NCBI GenBank assembly: GCA_024679065.1
Contig: JAGIQG010000040.1
Location: forward strand, 11,966,001-12,030,000
From: Sphyrna mokarran
Taxonomy: Eukaryota
Length of the DNA stretch: 64,000 bases
Direction of reading: 5' to 3'
Shown here: positions 50,122 to 61,851 of the stretch, piece after piece
Layout: each line of letters starts with the position of its first letter
Position numbering within the stretch: position 1 is the first letter of the stretch
Translations under genes and position numbers: made by a program
Notes under the pieces: model-generated
What the model was told of the DNA's origin: nothing
Databases searched by the model: none
The model's input: the letters and a program-made list of their open reading frames with translations, nothing else

Positions 50122-50625
50122 CATTATGTGATGCAGTAAAAGATTACTTATGACATGAATCAGTTCCAACCTCCCAGATTGCCAAGATCCACTACAGTTC
50201 GCCTATCTCTGCAACAGTCCACCGATGCTATCACCCTGGACCTACAGTCAACATTGTGACACCGACTCTTATTTATCGAGCACAGCTCAGCCTTTAACAA
50301 CATTAATCCAATAAAACTCATGTACAAAATCAGTGCCCTGGGGCTATGCTCATCCCACTGCAATTTGATCCTGACAGATAGCAATAAATAAGGACAGTCA
50401 AAACACCTCCTCCACAATCATTTTCATAAGCGGTGTCCCACAACACGGTGTCCTCAGCCCCTTACTATACTCCTTATAGACCGATGACTGTATGACCAAA
50501 TTCCCCTCCAACGTGATATCCAAGTTTGCTGATGAGACCACTGCAGTGGGTCAGATCTCAAACAATGTCGACAACAAGAACAGGGAAGAGACGGAGAATC
50601 TGGTGAACTGGTGGGAACACAGTAA
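50122..50625 (+). mobile_element. Decayed Rex1/L2-like LINE RT fragment
   Basis: DPLQFAY..., cagcctttaacaacattaatcc (SAFNxI) and KFADETTAVG remnants. Confidence 0.65.
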
Positions 50626-51687
50626 CTGGGAAGTGACTGGAAAGTGATGGGTTTGGGTTGGTTGTGTTGTCAGGGATCAGATTGTGGAAGAGGCGGGTTT
50701 GAGTGGAATGTTAGAATGGAACCAATGTAACCAACCACCAAAGGGATCACATTAGATGTGTTAGAGTGGTCAATGGGAACAAGTTGTAAGCTGTTTGACC
50801 AATGAGAAAATGACGTGGTGGTCAGCTGACTCAATTTCAGTCAGAAGCTGCTGGTGCCTGTGGGAGTTTGGACTGACCCAGAGTGAGGCCTCGAGTGAGA
50901 GTTATGAAGTTTCTTTATTAAAGTTTTTTATTTGTTTTACAAGTTGGAAAAAGTTTGGTTTCAATTCATTGTCAAGAAATAAAGAATCCCTTCTGCTGAA
51001 TGTGCATGGAATACCGAGGGTGGGGAGTAGTGTGGGGATGGGGGGAGGTTAGGGCGTGTGGCGCTGTCCCATAAGGGCCCTTTAAAATAAAATCCAAAGT
51101 CAGTAGAGTTTTCCCCCCTATTTTGTTTTGAGTGAATCTATGATCTGTTGTAAGTTGGCCAGATGGTAGCAGGCACAGCAGAATCCTCCAGTGGAATAGG
51201 CCTTCTGGACAATTGCCAAGTGAACGCTTAACTATCAGAGGCGCAACAAGTACAATCCTACCCAGCCCACTCTCCCCCCTTTCCATTACGAAGCACCCTC
51301 TCCCCACAAGCCGCACCCCCAGCCCATGCTCTAATCTATCACTGATTCAAAACTCTGTCTCCTCGAGTTCATCAAGTCCTAACATCCACCACACTCTCAG
51401 GTAATGAATTCAACAGATTCATCACTCATTGAGAGAAGTGATTTCTCCCCATGTCTGTCTTAAATCTAACTGTTTCAGGTGATCGGGCCCTGCTTCTGGT
51501 TGTACTCCTGGCTCAAGCACTGGTGGATCTGCCCTCAAGGCAGTTGTGTTTTTTTTTCAATATAATTTTAATGACCCATCAACAACCCCGGACTCAGACT
51601 GGCTTGAGGTTGGCAACAATAATTTCAAATAGGTCGCTTTTAGCTGTGTGTATTATTTAAATTCATGGGCTGGCACAATGCAAAACC

Positions 51688-52522
51688 ATGATGTGAAGAT
51701 GTTGGCATTGGACTGTGGTAAGCACAGTAAGAAATCTCACAACACCAGGTTAAAGTCCAACCGGTTTATTTGGCAGCACAAGCTTTTTGGGAGCTGCCCC
51801 TTCATCAGGTGATTGGAAGTTCTGTTCACAAACAAGACACATAAAGACACAAACTCAATTTACAAAATAATAGTTGGAATGTGAGTCTTTATAGGTAATC
51901 AAGCCTTAAAGATGCAGACAATGTGATTGGAAAGAGCACCAAGTGCAGGTTAAAGAGTTTTGTATTGTCTCCAGTCAGGACAGTTAGTGAGATTTTGCAA
52001 ACCCAGGTTTGTCGATCACTAGGAGTGTTCTCTTCCAGTTGGGGAATACTTCAGCAGTCACCGGCATTCGGCCTCAGATCTTCAAGTAAGCATTCTCTAA
52101 GGAGGCCTTCATGACAGACGGCAGTGCAGAATCATTGAACAGAGACTGATAGCCAAGTTCCGCACACATGAAGACAGCCTCAACCCTGATCTTGGGTTTA
52201 AGTTACATTATCTGTAATTCCCACGACTTGCCTGGACTTGCAAAAATTTCACTAATTGCCCTGGCTGGAGACAATACACACTTCTTTAACGTGTGCTTAA
52301 CCATGTCTCCACTCACATTGTCTGTATCATTCAGACTTGCTTACCTATAAAGACTCACATTCGAACCATTATTTTGTTAATTGAGTTTGTGTCTTTATAT
52401 GTCCTATTTTTGAACACAACTCCTCACTCGCCTGAAGAAAGAACAACATTCCAAAAGCCAAAGGTGCCAAATAAATCTATTGGACTGTAACCTGGTGTCG
52501 TGAGACTTCGTACTTTGCTGAC
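51688..52522 (+). mobile_element. Penelope-like element with inverted terminal repeats and 14-bp TSD
   Basis: Homologous to 12977-13967. TSD cacaatgcaaaacc at 51674-51687 and 52523-52536. Confidence 0.85.
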
Positions 52523-52909
52523 CACAATGCAAAACCTGCCATGCCCGTTACCAAGACAACCCCTATGTTTTTGGCCCCTGGAATAAATGTTGCAACTTAA
52601 AGTTTCTGTGTACTCTGCAATTTAAGCATCTTAGCGTCAAACAAAAACACATATTTAAAAAGAGCGCATACTTTTTCCCCCTCCTACCGGTTTTCACAAT
52701 TCTTTTTCATCTTTCTAAACATCTTTTACATCTTTACAAACTCAACTGCACAACACAAGCATCATTAACATGGTGATCAGCGTTTTGTACATGTGATAAC
52801 TCAATAAGGACGCAGACCATAAGCAACTGTCGAAACAGGGTAGAACAGACGGCAAGAGTGGCAGAGTTAAACGCAGTCTACATCATTAACAATCAGTGGA
52901 GATACTTAT

Positions 52910-53126
52910 CAGGGACACCAACAATAGCGAGGATTGGATAGTAAAAGTATCGAATCAGATACATTATATATGCAACACGCTCAGTTGTATACAGCCAATC
53001 TTGAGAAAGAATGTGAAGTATCGAGTATAAATTCCTCTCAACTGTTGTAACATTCAGATCTGTGCCCCTCAGATGCTGAACCATTGTGGGAACATCCAGA
53101 TCTACTTTTCGTGGATTCAGATCCAT
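52910..53126 (-). pseudogene. GPR139/GPR142-like GPCR exon 1, with mutated splice donor
   Basis: MDLNPRK...IRYFYYPILAIVGVP then G|ataagt (GT to AT). Phase matches exon 2 at 47363. Confidence 0.8.
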
Positions 53127-53614
53127 TGCCGAAAGCTTGCAATTTCTTTCTCCCAATTTTGATACCTCGACTCCCCCTCTGTGGAGCTGCTTATCACTGT
53201 GACGCTCCTAATGACACCGTGCATAACTCCTTTATGAAGCATGGATGGGAATGCTCCAGAGGCACGATTACTACTGTTGAATTAATTCCGACATTAATTA
53301 CAGTCACTGAACAAACAGGTTAATATTTTCTATCCAAAATATTTTTAGTAAATGTATATCAAAAAAAGTCAGGATTTGTGTGAACGTTCCTGACTGAAGA
53401 AATTTTGGGATAAAAAATCGGAAGGATTGACCAGTATCTTTCAATGCTGGTGGGAAATAGGATTGTGACTAAAAAAGGAACACATTATGCAAAAGTCCAC
53501 CTAACCTGGAAGAACATTTTAAACCTGGAAATGTAGAGCTGTCAGCATCGCATCAGCGAAAAAGTGGGGAAAGTCTGAACCCAAAATCTTGGAGAAAATA
53601 ACTTGTGACTTCTA

Positions 53615-54020
53615 ACACCATGGGTGGATCCATTGTGATTTGTCATTTATATCAATGATTTGGTTGAGAATTTAGGAGGTATGGTTAGTAAGTTTGCAAA
53701 TGACACCAAGATTGATGGCATCGTGGATAGTGGGGAAAAAGGTTATCTCGGATTGTAAAGGGATCTTGATCAATTGGGCCAGTGGATTAATGAATGGCAG
53801 ATGGAGTTTAATTTGGATAAATGCGAGGTGATGCATTTGATAGACTGAACCAGGACAGCAATTAGTTAATGCTGAGGTATTGAGGACAGTTAAAGAACCA
53901 AGAAATCTGGGAGAGTACAGGTTCATAGCTCCTTGAAAGTGGAGTCACAGGTGGCTACAGTGGTGAAGAAGACATTCGGTATACTTGTTTCATTGGTCAG
54001 AACAGTGAATAAAGGAGTGG
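53615..54020 (+). mobile_element. CR1-type LINE RT fragment
   Basis: tttgtcatttatatcaatgatttg...agtaagtttgcaaatgacaccaagatt (FVIYINDL...SKFANDTKI). Confidence 0.8.
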
Positions 54021-54437
54021 CGACAAATATGTCACATCAATAATAAAAAAACAAATGGTGATGATTATGGCTAAGAACGGCGCTGCTGGCTGCGTATTAA
54101 GGGATCAAAATATGCAAATTCAGGAGAAAATAAATGTAAGGGACAGTGTGATGAAAGCAGAGCTGTGATAAGCTGATGTTGGCCAGTAGATTTACCACAG
54201 TAAGGTCCAGATCACTTCGATGTTATCATTGCTATTTGAATGTGGGCAGTTACAGTGAAATTTAATGCAGTTGAAGGCAACTTACTCATTTTTTACAAAA
54301 TAAACCAGCAAGGGCAATGTAAGTGTGAATTGGTGTTGGTCATTGACGGGATTGTTTAACGGGACTCACATTTCTCTCTTCTTATTTATGGTAGCAGAAA
54401 TATCGAATCACGATTTTCAGGTTACTACTGCGTATTG

Positions 54438-54509
54438 GGTTCTGTGGTGTAATGGTGAGCACTCTGGACTTTGAATCCAGTGATCCGAGTTCAAATCTCA
54501 GCGGGACCT
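54438..54509 (+). tRNA. tRNA-Gln(TTG)
   Basis: GGTTCTGTGGTGTAATGGTGAGCACTCTGGACTTTGAATCCAGTGATCCGAGTTCAAATCTCAGCGGGACCT. Confidence 0.9.
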
Positions 54510-54763
54510 CGTTTTCATATGTAGATGGTTGATTTGCTGAAGAGCATTTCGTTTAAATTTATTACAAAGCACCAAAGGAGAGCATAATTTGTCAGCCAGT
54601 TCAATTGGTATGAGAATGCACAGTATGATAATCCTCTGGTGCCTGATGCGTGCAACGTCAGTGTTTTTCGTGCATTCGCTGCTCTTTAACTCCTCTGTTG
54701 CAAAAGAAAAGAAGCGGTTGGTATCACACAATAACAATTCGACTGGAGCCTGGCAATTACTGA

Positions 54764-54767
<4 letters not shown>

Positions 54768-54814
<47 letters not shown>

Positions 54815-54815
54815 G
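54768..54815. repeat. (TG)n(AG)n microsatellite
   Basis: Directly visible. Confidence 0.95.
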
Positions 54816-55475
54816 GAGTGTAGGTGCGTGTGCATGTGTGATGCCCCCGCCTTGTACCAAATCTTATAAATTGCCGCCCCTCTTCTAAACTTGCCCTAAT
54901 CTCGTCCATCTCGACTAAATCACTCTTCAATTTCCTTCGCTCCAATGGACAAGAATCCCAGCATCGCAGACCAGAAACTTCTGGCTAATTTGAACTTTTT
55001 TAAATAAAATTTACTCCAAAAAATTCCTCCATTTGTTTTAACTGAAACTTTTAAAAAAACAATTCTGTGTATTTTGCTTCTTAAAATTAAACATGTTTAA
55101 AAGAAATTCTTCAACAGATTTCGTCAACTTTTTTTTAGGAACAGTTTTCACCATTCTGAAAAAAATGTAGTTTCCATTTCTTTTCGAGAAATTTCCAACT
55201 TTTTAGAAGGTAACTTAAACTTGCTGAAGTATTTTTCCCAAATACTTTAACGAGAATTTGTCATTTTAAAAAATCTTTTTTTTTTCAAAAGGACTTAAAG
55301 TATTTCAGTCTTTTTAGTCAACAGTGCTTTTGAAAAATAAGTAGCTAAGATAAATATCTTCATAGAAGCTGACTGCATTTGGTCAACATTTCTTTGAATT
55401 GGTTGAAAATTAGTGGAAATATACTTTTCATCAACAATAATATGGAGTTTATGAACTAATGTGAAAATTACACAA

Positions 55476-55548
55476 CGAGCCAACCAGGAGTCGAAACTAA
55501 AATCTTCTGATCCGTAGTCAGACGTGTTATCCATTGCGCCACTGGCCC
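55476..55548 (-). tRNA. tRNA-Arg(ACG), T arm mutated (possible pseudogene)
   Basis: GGGCCAGTGGCGCAATGGATAACACGTCTGACTACGGATCAGAAGATTTTAGTTTCGACTCCTGGTTGGCTCG. Confidence 0.88.
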
Positions 55549-55852
55549 ACAGTTAAAAAAAAACTGCAGCAATATTTACATATTGGTCGGACGCTTCAAA
55601 ATTGGCAGAAACATGGTCAAAATATATTCGATCTAATGAGGAAATGTTGCATAATTGAAATTTTCTATTCTCACTCACAGTCATTCTACTTTGCCTTGAA
55701 TTGTGTTAACCTGCTGTGTTGGAATTCGAACCCTGGTTCTCAAAGCTTCAGCCTGCTTCTCTGCGTTATCAATCCAGCGTCAACAACATGACTTGAAACT
55801 GTACCCTCCCGCCAGTGAATCCACTATTGAATATTACCTTAATATAGTATCT

Positions 55853-57227
55853 TACAAAGAACAAAGAACAAAACAGCACGGGAAACAGGCCCTTCGGCCC
55901 AACGAGCCCGTGCCGTCACCCCGATGTTCCCACCTCTACCCGTGATCCCTGTCTATGTTTATAGATCTATGGTTTAAAAAACAAATTTGAGGCAATTTAG
56001 GGAGAATTTGTTTCGCCAATTAGCCTAAAAGCACATCTTTGGGATGTGGGAGGAAACCGGAGCACCCGGAGAAAACCCACGCAAGCACTGGGAGAATGCG
56101 CAAACTCCCACAGACACAGGCCCAAATCCATGTATCTGCACAGCACAGCGATAGTCACTGAGCTGTCGGGTTGCCCATCAAATGGTCCAGGTCAAGCGTA
56201 CATTAACGACATGAAGCACTAGGATACTCTCAAAAAAAATCCAAGAGCAGTCCTCTCACGACCCATCGCGTGTATGCCCCTCGTTAGACAACAAGGTGAA
56301 CCAAAGCACCTGTAGGATAAAAACAAGTACATCAATATCATCATCTATTTACACACTTCCCAGGGACTCCCAAGGCTCATGATCCCTATTTTAAATCAGT
56401 TTTTCTATACCCCTCCATTCCCATTCTGTTCATGTGCCCATCTAAGTATTTCTTAAATAACTCCAGAGTGTCTGCCTCCACCACTTTACTTGGCAGCACA
56501 TTCCATACCCCCATCACCCTCTGTGTGAAAAAACTCCCTCTAGCATCCAAATTATACCTTACCCCCCTCACCCTAAGCCCGTGACCCCTCGTGCTATTCG
56601 AGTCCATCCTAGGAAAAAGCTTAACCCTGTTTACTCTATCTATATCCCTCATAATCTTGTACACCTCTATTAGATCTCTCTAAGTCTATGTCTTTCTAAG
56701 GAAAACAGTCCCAATTTGCCTAACTTCTCCTTGTAACTCAGACCTTCCATACCAGGCAGCATCCTGGTAAACCTCCTCTGCACTCTCTCCAGAGTTTCCA
56801 CGTCCTTCCAGTAGTAGGGTGACCAAAACTGGACACAGTATTCCAAATGAGGTCGAACCAACGTTTTATACAACTGCAACATTAAAGGCCAGCTCTTGTA
56901 CTCTATACCCCTTCCTATAAAGGCTAACATACTATATGCTTTCTTCACAACCTTCTCCACTTACTCTGCCACGTTCAGAGACTTGTTCACCTGCACCCCC
57001 AGGTCCCTCTGCGTTTCTGTACTCTTAATAGGTCTACCCTTTATCATATACCTCCCCCCCACACATTCTTTCTCCTGAAATGCATCACCTTGCATTTACC
57101 AGGATTAAATTCCATCTGCCATCTGTCTGCCCAAGCTATCAGCCTATCTATGTCCTGCTGCATCGCCTGACAGTGCCCCTCACTATCCGCAAGTCCAGCC
57201 ATCTTTGTATCGTCTGCAAACTTGCTG
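55853..57227 (-). mobile_element. Relatively young 5'-truncated CR1/L2-type LINE with long 3' UTR and (caaagaa)n tail
   Basis: SKFADDTKMAG..., [30 protein letters not shown]. The tail is also present at ~13852 and ~46125. Confidence 0.92.
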
Positions 57228-57437
57228 ATCACAATCATATAACATTGGCTCTTACTTGGGCCTGAAAATACATTCAGAAAAAGACAAAAGTGCTGAAAAT
57301 TCACGACAAAAATGAGCAGGAAAGAAGACAAACCTATTTCGACTCAGCACACATGTTATTAGTTCGTTCAGTGGCTAAAAGAGCAGGTCAGAGGCTGGGA
57401 ATGCTGCCGGAGTAACTCAGCTCCTGACTCCCAAAAA

Positions 57438-57730
57438 ACATAGAACAGTCCAACACAGTACAGACCCTTCGTCCCACGGTGTTGTGCCGAGCTTTGTCCG
57501 AAACCAAGATCAAGATCAAGCTATCCCACTCCCTATCATTCTGGAGTGCTCCATGTGTCTATCCAATAACCGCTTGAATGTTCCTAAAGTGCCGGAGTCC
57601 ACTATTACAGCAGGCAGTGCATTCCACACCCCAACCACTCTCTGAGTAAAAAATCTACCTCGGACATCCCTCCTATATCTCCCACCATGAACCTGATAAT
57701 TGTGCTGCCGAGTAACAGCTACATCCATCC
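57438..57730 (-). mobile_element. CR1-type LINE 3' end
   Basis: RYRRDVRGRFFTQRVVGVWNALP; homologous to 1495-1790. Confidence 0.8.
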
Positions 57731-58256
57731 GAGGAATCAGTGGAACAGTCAGGAATGCGATAGAATATTCTCCACTTGTCTGCCTGATGCAGGAATTCAC
57801 CAAAGGCCCTCAGACAGCACCTTCCAAACACAAGACCACTTCCACCCGGCAGCACCCCCCACATCCCTCCAGCGCCACACAGACAACAGCACCATCAAGC
57901 CTCTCAGCATTCTGTGTGGCGCCAATGTTACTTGTCATTTGTCAGCTCAAAACATCAACATAAAGGAGCCGACTGCGGACTTTCCAAATCTGAAATCAAA
58001 ACAGAAAACACTGGGTGGGGTCAGTACTTCCGGCACTATCTGTGGAGCGAGAATCAGAACTAACTTGTCCCGTCCAGATATCACACGGCAGGCGCGGACA
58101 GGATGGGTGTACCCGTCTGCCCTGTGGGTATGCGAGTGGGATCTTTCCGCGCTCTTAAACTCTGCCTTTTTTCGAAGCCAGTCACAGAAAGCCATCCTGC
58201 CATTTGCACCTGAAACAAAACACAATATTTGACTTGGCCAAAAGGGAACTAACGAA

Positions 58257-58346
58257 GGGCTCGTCCGGGATTTGAACCCGAGACCTCTCGCATGTTAATG
58301 GGCCGAGATACACTAAGCGAGAATCATACTCCTAGACCAACGAGCT
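58257..58346 (-). tRNA. Intron-containing tRNA-Pro body with AGT anticodon (probable pseudogene)
   Basis: AGCTCGTTGGTCTAGGAGTATGATTCTCGC-TT-AGT-G-[18-nt intron]-T-GCGAGAGGTCTCGGGTTCAAATCCCGGACGAGCCC. Confidence 0.85.
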
Positions 58347-58962
58347 CACACACCCTCATGAAGGCAAATAAAAATTCTATAACTTTCTACAAAGCAGTTC
58401 TGACACCCCGAGTGAAGTTGGAAATGTTGAAAAAAAGTCTCACTGCATCAGCATTTGTGAACTTTAATCTCCAGCAAAATATCCGTCCAATATTGTTATC
58501 TCGAGCTTTTGTTTATAAAGTCAACATGTTACAGTCAATAATTTTAACCCAGTGACTTCAACATGTGACAACCCTGAGTTTGCCTTTGATATTTGATCAC
58601 TTGTGAAAGCTGTGGTCTGTTAGACAGTTAAAAGATCTGGAACATTTAAAATACAGATTGCTGACATTGTTCACCTGGGAGATCTGCGGGTTTGTGTGAA
58701 TGGGGAACGATTGGACTTGATCTGACAGGAATATGAGTAAAACGTCAAATTTCCCAGCAGTGACAATCCTTAATGTTTAGAAATAGAGGAAGTTTTTAAA
58801 ACGTGAAATCCAATAAGGAGGAAATAGAACAACATCTGGCCGGGTGGAAATTGCGATGAGTATTTGGTCTGTTGCAGTTTGCCTGAATTGATGTTTGAAG
58901 AGAGTGCGAGCCAAAATGCGATGCCAATTAACAGATAGAACAGAAAACCAACAACCAAATCC

Positions 58963-59035
58963 TGCCGAAACCCGGGATTGAACCAGGAATATTTAGATCT
59001 GCAGTCTAACGCTCTCCCAGCTGAGCTATTTCAGC
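58963..59035 (-). tRNA. tRNA-Phe body with GCA anticodon
   Basis: GCTGAAATAGCTCAGCTGGGAGAGCG-TTAGA-CT-GCA-GA-TCTAA-ATATTCCTGGTTCAATCCCGGGTTTCGGCA. Confidence 0.88.
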
Positions 59036-60014
59036 TGGCAGGTTCAGGTGGGAGCTTCCGTCTCCCAAATATCTAAGAGAGCAATGATTTCTCCCTTTTC
59101 GTTAATACATCATTTTCATCTTTCTTCAAATAATCTCAAACCAAATGTCCTCAGTGATAAAAACAAATTACTGCGGATGGGAAAAGAGAAAATGCTCCAA
59201 AATCTCACAATGTCTGACAGCACCTGTAAGGAGTGAAAAGGGCGGACGTTCCGAGTCCAGGTGACACTTTATCAAAGCTCATCGTACAATTATACTCAGT
59301 ATTTGTTTAACTGTTTAGTATCAATGTATTATTTAACACATCTGTCTTCATTATGAATTGAATATCTCTGAAATTCAACATCACTGAATTGAAAACATAA
59401 CTGACCAACAGAACGAATTGAATCACCGGGTAATACAGATCACGTTTTGAGATTGAATATCGTCAACTTTTAAACAAAGTCAAATACGTTTAAATGGAGG
59501 AAAATCAAGAATTAACTGTTAGTGACACTTAACGGTGTGAAACATTCAGGCGCTTAAATTCCGGTCCTTTACAGAAAGTCCAGTAGATCCGCACTGAGTC
59601 TCGATTCTCTCGTCTCTCTCAATGCCTTTTCCTGTTTCTTAGTGAATGAAAAACGTTTTTAAAAAAATCTTCTGTGAAACGTGCGCCATTTCCACTAGTT
59701 CACTTACAGTCTCACTTATATCTGTCTGTTTGAGCAAAAACTGCAATCAGATATTTCAGATGGTGATTAACCATATCAGTCTGCACCGATAAACAATTCT
59801 GTTGGAGACTGAACCAGATGCGAGTCTGTGCTCGGTATCAGAATCGAACTTTCCTGTCAGGGCGCCGAAAAATGCGTTTCTCATTTCACAGAAAGTATTT
59901 GAGGATGAGGTCAGAGCAATAATAACATGCCTTCAACATCAAGGTTAGGTTAATGTGAAATAACAAACTGATATCAGGCAACTTTCCTTATCCGACATGA
60001 GAAAGTTTAATGAA

Positions 60015-60083
60015 TGTTTCTGCCCGGTTTCGAACCGGGGACTTTTTGCGTGGTGAATGTGATAACCACTACACTACAGAAAC
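60015..60083 (-). pseudogene. tRNA-Val pseudogene (4-nt deletion in the anticodon arm)
   Basis: GTTTCTGTAGTGTAGTGGTTATCACATTCACCACGCAAAAAGTCCCCGGTTCGAAACCGGGCAGAAACA, 69 nt. Confidence 0.88.
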
Positions 60084-61215
60084 AACCCAAAAATCCGTGG
60101 AGCAAATCTGCCGATCTGCAAGGTTCAACTCCGCTATGTTGCTGCAGGTTCCGATGGTTAGACTGAGAGCCCATGTCACTGAATTCAGGAAGATAACCGT
60201 TACTTTCAATCTGATCGTCCGACTTATCCCGAACATCCAAATTGAAACGCGTTCGTCTCCCAAATGTCTAAGGGAGCAATGATTTCTGCCCATTCATTAA
60301 TGTATCATTTTCATCTTTCTTCCAATAATCATCCGCATTTTGTATCATCAGCACTCTGTAACCTGTCCCTGTATTTTCTCTTTGTTCTTTAAATGTGACA
60401 TTTCCAATTCAGATACTGAAGAGGAAATCTCCCTGACACTGATTCTGACAGAACTGGTACAGACCGGGAAGTAACGCAGGATTTTTGTACAGCAATAAAT
60501 CTACATTCCTTCCAGCCTTGAGCACGGAGTTAAGTTTTGAAGTGTTTGAAGTCTTGCTACAGTAATTCAGGATTTTGTTGAGACTGCTTTTGGAACAGTG
60601 TGTGCAGTTTGGATCCCCGCATTTTAGACAGAATAAAAACAAAATCTGAGGATATTGGAATCTGAATCAAAAACAGAAAATGCTGGAAAATCTCAACATC
60701 TTTAATGAGAAAGAATAGATAGCATTGAGAAGCTGAGACATTATTTTTCCTGATCCGGGAATCTAAAACACGGGGACACAATCTCAGGATGAGGTGCTGA
60801 TGATTTAGGGCGGCAATGAGGAGAAATTTCTTCATTCAAAGACTCGTCAATTTTCAGAATTCCCTACTCCAGAGGGTTCTGATGCTCCATCATTGAACAC
60901 ATTTCAGTTTGGGTCAGACAGATTTATGATCCATCCAGGAATAAATGGAAACAGGGATGTAGAATTGGAACAAATGCTCAGCCACAATTTCACATTTCAA
61001 TTTTTTTAAAGTTTAATATTATAATGGAAGTATTTATACATATAATATTCCATGCAATATAGTTAATGACGATTGACTTCAAACAATGTTGGTAACACCA
61101 GATAACAGTACAACCGGGAACAATTGATAAATATTTTTTATTGGCACCCACGGACTCATTGCCAACCCGTAACTGTTCACACGTGAATGCTGATGGTGAG
61201 AAAATAGTAAAACCC

Positions 61216-61289
61216 CGTCCCTGGGTGGTCTCGAACCACCAACCTTTCAGTTAACAGCCGAACGTGCTGACCAATTGCGCCACAGAGAC
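61216..61289 (-). tRNA. tRNA-Asn(GTT)
   Basis: GTCTCTGTGGCGCAATTGGTCAGCACGTTCGGCTGTTAACTGAAAGGTTGGTGGTTCGAGACCACCCAGGGACG. Confidence 0.9.
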
Positions 61290-61446
61290 TGAGACTGGAA
61301 TCAGCAAGGAGGAAATATAACAACATCTGGCAGGGTGGAAATTGCGATGGGTATTTGGTCTGGTGCAGTTTGCCTGAATTGATCTTTGAAGACAGTGCGA
61401 GACAAAGTGCGGTGTCAATTAGCGCAGAAAACCAGCAAGGAGATCC

Positions 61447-61519
61447 TGCCGAAACCCGGGATTGAACCAGGGACCTTTAGATCTTCAGTGTAACGCTCTG
61501 CCAACTGAGCTATTTCGGC
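61447..61519 (-). tRNA. tRNA-Phe(GAA)
   Basis: GCCGAAATAGCTCAGTTGGCAGAGCGTTACACTGAAGATCTAAAGGTCCCTGGTTCAATCCCGGGTTTCGGCA; one anticodon-stem mismatch. Confidence 0.9.
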
Positions 61520-61756
61520 AGCTGGGTAGGATAGAAGCCAGGAAAAAACAAAAGGGGGAAACAGAGAATCACAGAATGAGCACATCACAGAATGAGATGA
61601 TTACAATGTTACTTGCAGGACTCACATGTGTTGTGGGTGAGAGGGAACCAGAGGACGGATTGTACAGATATTTCATATATTACCATTGAGATGTTTTTGC
61701 GAGGTAAAATCTGTTTAAAAATTGGTCAAACTTCACTGCTCACAGAATCATGAAGC

Positions 61757-61851
61757 TTTCCCCAGTGAGGCTTGAATTCACAACCTCGGCATAGCCCGCT
61801 GCCTGTACTGCTGTATAAGCACCGCGCACTAACCGATTGCGCCACTGGAGC
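61757..61851 (-). tRNA. Intron-containing tRNA-Ile(TAT), acceptor stem damaged (probable pseudogene)
   Basis: GCTCCAGTGGCGCAATCGGTTAGTGCGCGGTGCTTATA-[21-nt intron]-ATGCCGAGGTTGTGAATTCAAGCCTCAC; the 3' acceptor strand has diverged. Confidence 0.85.

Larger units (their letters stand above)
58800..60330 (-). repeat. Inverted paralogue of the tRNA-Val/tRNA-Phe unit at ~5390-6920
   Basis: Reverse-complement matches such as gattgaaagtaacggttatcttcctgaattcagtgacatgggctctcagtctaaccatcggaacctgcagcaac, with the same gene order. Confidence 0.9.
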
